DNA of 20,000 nt, taken from Raillietiella orientalis (Eukaryota). Both the position numbers and the translations under genes were made by a program. The stretch lies in assembly GCA_036172245.1 (NCBI GenBank), contig JAYWIR010000145.1, forward strand, positions 44,945 through 64,944. Direction: 5' to 3'. The first letter of the stretch is position 1, and the number at the start of each line of letters is the position of its first letter. The notes beneath the pieces are model-generated. The model saw nothing but the letters and a program-made list of their open reading frames with translations. It was not told where the DNA came from and ran no database searches. Positions 10,601-20,000 of the stretch are shown here, in pieces.

Positions 10601-12653
10601 GCAAAAGTGCAATGGTGAAATCTCCGTACTTCGAATTGATTACAAACCAGCAAAAGATGTAAATTTGTACCATAAAATGAATCAGATCGAATTAAATAAT
10701 TCACTTTCAAATTCCGACAGTGGTTGCCATGAAAACAATACGGAGTGCAAAGTGTCCCACCCTAATCAAATGTCGCACTTTTCTTAATCCACCTCTGAAA
10801 CCAGGAAATCGGAAGGTTGTGCGGTTATCCATGACCGTAGATTGCCTCGCACTGCCAACGTATGTTTCGTGAAAAAGCGCAACAGTGCAATGGTGAAATC
10901 TCCGTACAACGAATTGATTACAAACCAGCAAAAGATGTAAATTTATACCATACCGTGAATCAGATCGAATAAAAAAATTCACTTTTTAACTCCGACAGCG
11001 GTTGCCATCAAAACAACACGGAGTGCAACGTGTCCCACCCTAATCAAATGTCGGAGTGTTCTTAATCCACCTCTAGACGCTGGAAATCGCAAGGTAGTGT
11101 GGTGATCCATGCCGGTAGATTGCCTCGCGCTGCCAACGGATGCTTCGTGAAAAGTCGCAACAGTGCATGGTGAAACCTCCTCACTTCGAATTGATTACAA
11201 ACCAGCAAAAGATGTAACTTTGTACCACACCATGAATCAGATCGAATTAAATAATTCACTTTCAAATTCCGACAGTGGTTGCCATGAAAACAACACGGAG
11301 TGCAAAGTGACTCGCCCTAATGAAATGTCGGACAGTTCTTCATCCACCTCTAAACGCAGGAAATCGCAAGGTAGTGTGGTGATCTATGCCGGTAGATTTC
11401 CTCGCTCTGCCAACGGATGCTTCGTAAAGAAGCCAAAAGTGCAATGGTGAAATCTCCGTACCTCGAAATGATTACAAACCAGCAAAAGATGTAAATTTGT
11501 ACCATAAAATGAATCAGATCGAATTAAATAATTAACTTTCTAATTCCGACAGTGGTTGCCATGAAAACAACACGGAGTGCAAAGTGTCCCACCCTAATCA
11601 AATGTCGGAGTGTTCTTAATCCACTTCTGAACACAGGAAATCGCAACGTAGTGCGGTGATCCATGACGGTGGATTGCCTAGCTTTGCCAATGGATGCTTC
11701 GTGAAGAAGCGCAAATGTGCAATGGTGAAATCTCCTCACTTCGAATTGATTACAAACCAGCAAAAGATGTAAATTTGTACCACACCATGAATCAGAACGA
11801 ATTAAATAATTAACTTTCCTATTCCGATAGTGGTTGCCATGAAAACAATACTTAGTGCAAAGTGTCCCACCCTAATCAAATGTCGGAGTGTTCTTAATCC
11901 ACTTCTGAACACAGGAATTCGCAATGTAGTGCGGTGATCCATGACGGTGGATTGCCTAGCCCTGCCAATGGATGCTTCGTGAAGAAGCGCAAAAGTGCAA
12001 TGGTGAAATTTCCTCACTTCGAATTGATTACAAACCAGCAAAAGATGTAAATTTGTACCACACCATGAATCTGATCGAATTGAATAATTCACTTTCTATT
12101 TCCGACAGTGGTTGCCATGAAAACAACACGGAGTGCAAAGTGTCCCACCCTAATGAAATGTCGGACATTTCTTAATCCACCTCTAAACGCAGGAAATCGC
12201 AAGGTAGTGTGGTGATCCATGCCGGTAGATTGCCTCGCCCTGCCAATGGATGCTTCATGAAGATGCGCAATAGTGCAATGGTGGAATCTCCTCACTTCGA
12301 ATTGATTACAAACCAGCAAAAGATGTAAATTTGTACCACACCATGAATCAGGTCGAATTAAATAATTCACTTTCTAATTCCGACAGTGGTTGCCATGAAA
12401 ACAACACGGAGTGCAAAGTGTCCCACCCTAATCAAATGTCGGAGTGTTCTTAATCCACCTTTAAACGCAGGAAATCGCAAGGTAGTGTGGTGATCCATGC
12501 CGGTAGATTGCCTCGCGCTGCCAACGGATTCTTCGTGAAGAAGCGCAAAAGTGCAATGGTGAAATCTCCGTACTTCGAATTGATTACAAACCAGCAAAAG
12601 ATGTAAATTTGTACCACACCATGAATCAGATCGAATTAAATAATTCATTTTCT
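7652..12653 (+). repeat. Higher-order repeat copy 1 (18 monomers, 5,002 bp)
   Basis: Rare variants recur exactly 5,002 bp downstream, e.g. gccgctatat, aaatttgaacc, tgcgaacgg, aagcgctaaa, tctagacgctgg, aagaagccaaaag, atacttagtgc. ORF pairs share the same offset (8124/13126, 9194/14196, 11163/16165, 12367/17369). 5,002 = 18x278 minus two 1-bp deletions. Confidence 0.96.
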
Positions 12654-15600
12654 AATTCCGATAGTGGTTGCCATGAAAACAACACGCAGTGCAAAGTGTT
12701 CCGCCCTAATGAAATTTCGGACTTTTCTTAATCCACCTCTGAAACCAGGAAATCGCATGATGGTGCGGTTATCCATGACGGTAGATTGCCTCGCGCTGCC
12801 AACGGATGCTTCGTGAAAAAGCGCAACAGTGCAATGGGGAAATCTCCTCACTTCGAATTGATTACAAACCAGCAAAAGATGTAAATTTGTACCACACCAT
12901 GAATCAGAGCGAATGAAATGATTCACTTTCTAATTCCGACAGTGGTTGCCATGAAAACAACACGGAGTGCAAAGAGCCCCGCCCTAATGAAATGTCGGAC
13001 TGTTCTTCATCCACCTCTAAACGCAGGAAATCGCAAGGTAGTGTGGTGAACTATGCCGGTAGATTTCCTCGCGCTGCCAACGGATGCTTCGTGAAGACGC
13101 GCAAAAGTGCAATGGTGAAATCTCCTCACTTCGAATTGATTACAAACCAGAAAAAGATGTAAATTTGTACCACACCATGAATCAGATCGAATTGAATAAT
13201 TAACTTTCTAATTCCGACAGTGGTTGCCATGAAAAGAAAACGAAGTGCAAAGTGTCCCACCCTAATCAAATGTCGGAGTGTTCTTAATCCACTTCTGAAC
13301 ACAGGAATTCGCAATGTAGTGTGGTGATCCATGCCGCTATATTGCCTCGCCCTGCCAATGGATGCTTCATGAAGATGCGCAATAGTGCAATGGTGGAATC
13401 TCCTCACTTAGAATTGATTCCAAACCAGCAAAAGATGTAAATTTGTACCATAAAATGAATCAGATCGAATTAAATAATTCACTTTCCAATTCCGATAGTG
13501 GTTGCGATGAAAACAACACGGAGTGCAAAGTGACCCGCCCTAATGAAATGTCGGACTTTTCTTAATCCACCTCGAAACGCAGGAAATCGCAAGCTAGTGT
13601 GGTGATCCATGCCGGTAGATTGCCTCGCGCTGCCAACGGATTCTTCGTGAAGAAGCGCAAAAGTGCAATGGTGAAATCTCCGTACTTCGAATTGATTACA
13701 AACCAGAAAAAGATGTAAATTTGTACCATAAAATGAATCAGATCGAATTAAATAATGCACTTTCTAATTCCGATAGTGGTTGCCATGAAAACAACACGGA
13801 GTGCAAATTGCCCCGCCCTAATGAAATGTCGGACTTTTCTTAATCCACCTCTCAAACCATGAAATCGCATGATGGTGCGGTTATCCATGACGGTGGATTG
13901 CCTCGCGCTACCAACGGATGCTTCGTGAAAAAGCGCAAAAGTGCAATGGTGAAATCTCCTCACTTCGAATTGATTACAAACCAGCAAAAGATGTAAATTT
14001 GAACCACACCATGAATCAGATCGAATTAAATAATTCACTTTCTAATTCCAATAGTGGTTGCCATGAAAACAACACGGAGTGCAAAGTGTTCCGCCCTAAT
14101 GAAATTTCGGAATTTTTTTAATCCACCTCAGAAACAAGGAAATCGCATGATGGTGCGGTTATCCATGACGGTAGATTGCCTCGCGCTGCGAACGGATGCT
14201 TCGTGAAAAAGCGCAAAAGTGCAATGGTGAAATCTCCTCACTTCGAATTGATTACAAACCAGCAAAAGATGTAAATTTATACCATACCGTGAATCAGATC
14301 GAATTAAATAATTCCCTTTTCAATTCCGACAGTGGTTGCCATGAAAACAACACGGAGTGCAAAGAGCCCCGCCCTAATGAAATGTCGGACAGTTCTTCAT
14401 CCACCTCTAAACGCAGGAAATCGCAAGGTAGTGTGGTGATCTATGCCGGTAGATTTCCTCGCTCTGCCAACGGATGCTTCGTGAAGAAGCGCAAACGTGC
14501 AATGGTGAAATCTCCGTACCTCGAATTGATTACAAACCAGCAAAAAATGTAAATTTGTACCATAAAATGAATCTTATCGAATTAAATAATTCACTTTCTA
14601 ATTCCGACAGTGGTTGCCATGAAAACAACACGGAGTGCAAAGTGCCCCACCCTAATCAAATGTCGGAGTGTTCTTAATCCACTTCTGAACACAGGAAATC
14701 GCGAGGTAGTGCGGTGATCCATGACGGTGGATTGCCTAACCCTGCCAATGGATGCTTCGTGAAGAAGCGCAAAAGTGCAATGGTGAAATTTCCTCACTTC
14801 GAATTGATTACAAACCAGCAAAGGATGTAAATTTGTACCACACCATGAATCTTATCGAATTAAATAATTCACTTTCTAATTCCGACAGTGGTTGCCATGG
14901 AAACAACACGGAGTGCAAAGTGTCCCACCCTAATCAAATGTCGGAGTGTTCTTAATCCACTTCTGAACACAGGAAATCGCAAGGTAGTGCGGTGATCCAT
15001 GTCGGTGGATTGCCTAGCCCTGCCAATGGATACTTCGTGAAGAAGCGCTAAAGTGCAATGGTGAAATCTCCTCACTTCCAATTGATTACAAACCAGAAAA
15101 AGATGTAAATTTGTACCACACCATGAATCAGATCGAATTAAATAATTCACTTTCTAATTCCGATAGTGGTTGCCATGAAAACAACACGGAGTGCAAAGTG
15201 TCCCACCCTAGTCAAGTGTCGGACTTTTCTTAATCCACCTCTAAACGCAGGAAATCGCAAGGTAGTGTGGTGATCCATGACGGTAGATTGCCTCGCCCTG
15301 CAAATGGATGCTTCATGAAGATGCGCAATAGTGCAATGGTGGAATCTCCTCACTTCGAATTGATTACAAACCTGCAAAAGATGTAAATTTGTACCACACC
15401 ATGAATCAGGTCGAATAAAATAATTCACTTTCTAATTCCGACAGTGGTTGCCATGAAAACAACACGGAGTGCAACGTGTCCCACCCTAATCAAATGTCGG
15501 AATGTTCTTAATCCACCTCTAAACGCAGGAAATCGCAAGGTAGTGTGGTGATCCATGCCGGTAGATTGCCTCGCGCTGCCAACGGATTCTTCGTGAAGAA

Positions 15601-17655
15601 GCGCAAAAGTGCAATGGTGAAATCTCCGTACTTCGAATTGATTACAAACCAGCAAAAGATGTAAATTTGTACCATAAAATGAATCAGATCGAATTAAATA
15701 ATTCACTTTCAAATTCCGACAGTGGTTGCCATGAAAACAATACGGAGTGCAAAGTGTCCCACCCTAATCAAATGTCGCACTTTTCTTAATCCACCTCTGA
15801 AACCAGGAAATCGGAAGGTTGTGCGGTTATCCATGACCGTAGATTGCCTCGCACTGCCAACGTATGTTTCGTGAAAAAGCGCAACAGTGCAATGGTGAAA
15901 TCTCCGTACAACGAATTGATTACAAACCAGCAAAAGATGTAAATATATACCATACCGTGAATCAGATCGAATAAAAAAATTCACTTTTTAACTCCGACAG
16001 CGGTTGCCATCAAAACAACACGGAGTGCAACGTGTCCCACCCTAATCAAATGTCGGAGTGTTCTTAATCCACCTCTAGACGCTGGAAATCGCAAGGTAGT
16101 GTGGTGATCCATGCCGGTAGATTGCCTCGCGCTGCCAACGGATGCTTCGTGAAAAGTCGCAACAGTGCATGGTGAAACCTCCTCACTTCGAATTGATTAC
16201 AAACCAGCAAAAGATGTAACTTTGTACCACACCATGAATCAGATCGAATTAAATAATTCACTTTCAAATTCCGACAGTGGTTGCCATGAAAACAACACGG
16301 AGTGCAAAGTGACTCGCCCTAATGAAATGTCGGACAGTTCTTCATCCACCTCTAAACGCAGGAAATCGCAAGGTAGTGTGGTGATCTATGCCGGTAGATT
16401 TCCTCGCTCTGCCAACGGATGCTTCGTAAAGAAGCCAAAAGTGCAATGGTGAAATCTCCGTACCTCGAAATGATTACAAACCAGCAAAAGATGTAAATTT
16501 GTACCATAAAATGAATCAGATCGAATTAAATAATTAACTTTCTAATTCCGACAGTGGTTGCCATGAAAACAACACGGAGTGCAAAGTGTCCCACCCTAAT
16601 CAAATGTCGGAGTGTTCTTAATCCACTTCTGAACACAGGAAATCGCAACGTAGTGCGGTGATCCATGACGGTGGATTGCCTAGCTTTGCCAATGGATGCT
16701 TCGTGAAGAAGCGCAAATGTGTAATGGTGAAATCTCCTCACTTCGAATTGATTACAAACCAGCAAAAGATGTAAATTTGTACCACACCATGAATCAGAAC
16801 GAATTAAATAATTAACTTTCCTATTCCGATAGTGGTTGCCATGAAAACAATACTTAGTGCAAAGTGTCCCACCCTAATCAAATGTCGGAGTGTTCTTAAT
16901 CCACTTCTGAACACAGGAATTCGCAATGTAGTGCGGTGATCCATGACGGTGGATTGCCTAGCCCTGCCAATGGATGCTTCGTGAAGAAGCGCAAAAGTGC
17001 AATGGTGAAATTTCCTCACTTCGAATTGATTACAAACCAGCAAAAGATGTAAATTTGTACCACACCATGAATCTGATCGAATTGAATAATTCACTTTCTA
17101 TTTCCGACAGTGGTTGCCATGAAAACAACACGGAGTGCAAAGTGTCCCACCCTAATGAAATGTCGGACATTTCTTAATCCACCTCTAAACGCAGGAAATC
17201 GCAAGGTAGTGTGGTGATCCATGCCGGTAGATTGCCTCGCCCTGCCAATGGATGCTTCATGAAGATGCGCAATAGTGCAATGGTGGAATCTCCTCACTTC
17301 GAATTGATTACAAACCAGCAAAAGATGTAAATTTGTACCACACCATGAATCAGGTCGAATTAAATAATTCACTTTCTAATTCCGACAGTGGTTGCCATGA
17401 AAACAACACGGAGTGCAAAGTGTCCCACCCTAATCAAATGTCGGAGTGTTCTTAATCCACCTTTAAACGCAGGAAATCGCAAGGTAGTGTGGTGATCCAT
17501 GCCGGTAGATTGCCTCGCGCTGCCAACGGATTCTTCGTGAAGAAGCGCAAAAGTGCAATGGTGAAATCTCCGTACTTCGAATTGATTACAAACCAGCAAA
17601 AGATGTAAATTTGTACCACACAATGAATCAGATCGAATTAAATAATTCACTTTCT
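12654..17655 (+). repeat. Higher-order repeat copy 2 (18 monomers, 5,002 bp)
   Basis: Near-identical to 7652-12653. By eye I found only about 6-7 substitutions, several reflected in the ORF track (FEL/FAL, NTQ/NTE, GINL/GIYL, HHCT/HHYT, SWC/SLC). Confidence 0.96.
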
Positions 17656-17932
17656 AATTCCGACAGTGGTTGCCATGAAAACAACACGGAGTGCAAAGTG
17701 TCCCGCCCTAATCAAATGTCGGACTGTTCTTAATCCACCTCTAAACGCAGGAAATCGCAAGGTAGTGTGGTGATCCATGCCGGTAGATTGCCTCGCGCTG
17801 CCAACGGATTCTTCGTGAAGAAGCGCAAAAGTGCATGGTGAAATCTCCGTACTTCGAATTGATTACAAACCAGCAAAAGATGTAAATTTGTACCACACCA
17901 TGAATCAGATCGAATTAAATAATTCATTTTCT
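17656..17932 (+). repeat. Extra 277-bp monomer (class D-like, carrying the class G 1-bp deletion), making this period a 19-mer
   Basis: The offset from copy 2 to copy 3 is 5,279 bp (ORFs 12645/17924, 13126/18405, 13918/19197) = 5,002 + 277. The monomer has D markers (ggattcttcg, tccgtacttcg) and gtgcatgg instead of gtgcaatgg. Confidence 0.88.
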
Positions 17933-20000
17933 AATTACGATAGTGGTTGCCATGAAAACAACACGCAGTTCAAAGTGTTCCGCCCTAATGAAATTTCGTA
18001 CTTTTCTTAATCCACCTCTGAAACCAGGAAATCGCATGATGGTGCGGTTATCCATGACGGTAGATTGCCTCGCGCTGCCAACGGATGCTTCGTGAAAAAG
18101 CGCAACAGTGCAATGGGGAAATCTCCTCACTTCGAATTGATTACAAACCAGCAAAAGATGTAAATTTGTACCACACCATGAATCAGAGCGAATGAAATAA
18201 TTCACTTTCTAATTCCGACAGTGGTTGCCATGAAAACAACACGGAGTGCAAAGAGCCCCGCCCTAATGAAATGTCGGACTGTTCTTCATCCACCTCTAAA
18301 CGCAGGAAATCGCAAGGTAGTGTGGTGAACTATGCCGGTAGATTTCCTCGCGCTGCCAACGGATGCTTCGTGAAGACGCGCAAAAGTGCAATGGTGAAAT
18401 CTCCTCACTTCGAATTGATTACAAACCAGCAAAAGATGTAAATTTGTACCACACCATGAATCAGATCGAATTGAATAATTAACTTTCTAATTCCGACAGT
18501 GGTTGCCATGAAAAGAAAACGGAGTGCAAAGTGTCCCACCCTAATCAAATGTCGGAGTGTTCTTAATCCACTTCTGAACACAGGAATTCGCAATGTAGTG
18601 TGGTGATCCATGCCGCTATATTGCCTCGCCCTGCCAATGGATGCTTCATGAAGATGCGCAATAGTGCAATGGTGGAATCTCCTCACTTAGAATTGATTCC
18701 AAACCAGCAAAAGATGTAAATTTGTACCATAAAATGAATCAGATCGAATTAAATAATTCACTTTCCAATTCCGATAGTGGTTGCGATGAAAACAACACGG
18801 AGTGCAAAGTGACCCGCCCTAATGAAATGTCGGACTTTTCTTAATCCACCTCGAAACGCAGGAAATCGCAAGCTAGTGTGGTGATCCATGCCGGTAGATT
18901 GCCTCGCGCTGCCAACGGATTCTTCGTGAAGAAGCGCAAAAGTGCAATGGTGAAATCTCCGTACTTCGAATTGATTACAAACCAGCAAAAGATGTAAATT
19001 TGTACCATAAAATGAATCAGATCGAATTAAATAATGCACTTTCTAATTCCGATAGTGGTTGCCATGAAAACAACACGGAGTGCAAATTGCCCCGCCCTAA
19101 TGAAATGTCGGACTTTTCTTAATCCACCTCTCAAACCATGAAATCGCATGATGGTGCGGTTATCCATGACGGTGGATTGCCTCGCGCTACCAACGGATGC
19201 TTCGTGAAAAAGCGCAAAAGTGCAATGGTGAAATCTCCTCACTTCGAATTGATTACAAACCAGCAAAAGATGTAAATTTGAACCACACCATGAATCAGAT
19301 CGAATTAAATAATTCACTTTCTAATTCCGATAGTGGTTGCCATGAAAACAACACGGAGTGCAAAGTGTCCCGCCCTAATGAAATGTCGGACATTTCTTTA
19401 ATCCACCTCGAAACAAGGAAATCGCATGATGGTGCGGTTATCCATGACGGTAGATTGCCTCGCGCTGCGAACGGATGCTTCGTGAAAAAGCGCAAAAGTG
19501 CAATGGTGAAATCTCCTCACTTCGAATTGATTACAAACCAGCAAAAGATGTAAATTTATACCATACCGTGAATCAGATCGAATTAAATAATTCACTTTTT
19601 AACTCCGACAGTGGTTGCCATGAAAACAACACGGAGTGCAAAGTGCCCCGCCCTAATGAAATGTCGGACAGTTCTTAATCCACCTCTAAACGCAAAATGC
19701 AAGGTAGTGTGGTGATCTATGCCGGTAGATTTCGCCTCGCTCTGCCAACGGATGCTTCGTGAAGAAGCGCAAAAGTGCAATGGTGAAATCTCCGTACTTC
19801 GAATTGATTACAAACCAGCAAAAATGTAAATTTGTACCATATGAAAGATTCAATTAAATAATTCACTTTCTAATTCCGACAGTGGTTGCCATGAAAACAA
19901 CACGGAGTGCACCGCCCTAATCAAATGTCGGAGTTTTCTTAATCCACTTCTGAAACCAGGAAATCGCAAGGTAGTGCGGTGATCCATGACGGTGGATTGC
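17933..20000 (+). repeat. Partial third copy of the 18-mer HOR, becoming indel-rich after ~19320
   Basis: Same monomer order and rare markers as 7652 onward (gcagttcaaa, aatggggaaa, gaactatgcc, aagacgcgc, gccgctatat, gcaagctag, aaatttgaacc, tgcgaacgg). Confidence 0.9.

Larger units (their letters stand above)
1..20000. repeat. Tandem satellite DNA array, ~278-bp monomer, ~72 copies, with higher-order structure; both ends run off the window
   Basis: The anchor motif aattccgacagtggttgccatgaaaacaacacggagtgc recurs at 151, 429, 707, 985, 1263, 1541, 1819, 2097 ... 19323, 19601, 19872. Spacing is 278 bp (occasionally 276-277; 271 near the end). There is no intervening unique sequence and no inverted monomer. 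Confidence 0.99.

Noticed and set aside
25..19780. Dozens of similar 60-118 aa ORFs on both strands (MLREKAQK..., MNYLIRSD...) as a tandem gene family
   Set aside because: They are translations of the satellite. 278 is not a multiple of 3, so frames shift every monomer. Starts, stops and frameshifts vary with monomer class, the ORFs overlap on opposite strands, and I recognise no protein domain.
1..20000. CRISPR array or integron-like cassette array
   Set aside because: There are no unique spacers or cassettes. The entire 278-bp unit is repeated, and no cas or integrase gene is present.
1..20000. Tandem 5S rRNA, tRNA or snRNA gene cluster
   Set aside because: I found no recognisable 5S, tRNA cloverleaf, or snRNA/SL RNA sequence in the monomer on either strand. 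An Rfam/Infernal scan would be the definitive test.
1..20000. Transposon insertion, MITE array or inversion within the array
   Set aside because: Anchor spacing stays at 271-278 bp throughout and all monomers share one orientation. The 7-bp tccgaca/tgtcgga inverted repeat is too short and has no target-site duplication to support a MITE call.
1..20000. Assignment to a named satellite family or species
   Set aside because: I do not recognise the monomer. It is not the 171-bp alpha satellite by length or sequence, and a database search is needed.

Overview
The whole window is one uninterrupted, head-to-tail tandem array of a ~278-bp satellite monomer (about 72 copies, all in the same orientation; ~43% GC in the monomer I counted). 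I see no genes, RNA genes, transposon insertions or unique sequence. Every ORF in the track is a by-product of the repeat. The array is hierarchically organised, like eukaryotic centromeric or pericentromeric satellite. Monomers fall into about 8 classes (A-H) defined by diagnostic variants and mostly follow one cyclic order (A-B-B-C-D-E-F-G-H) with whole monomers skipped. There is a near-perfect 5,002-bp (18-monomer) higher-order repeat (HOR) at 7652-12653 and 12654-17655. An extra monomer and a partial third copy follow, and the last ~700 bp are indel-rich. The left part shows older duplications at 15-monomer (4,169 bp) and 7-monomer (1,946 bp) offsets, plus a diverged transition zone. The monomer may itself be an ancient ~139-bp dimer, and it carries short dyad symmetries and a degenerate CENP-B-box-like motif. 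Organism and centromere function cannot be established from the sequence alone. All comparisons were made by eye.
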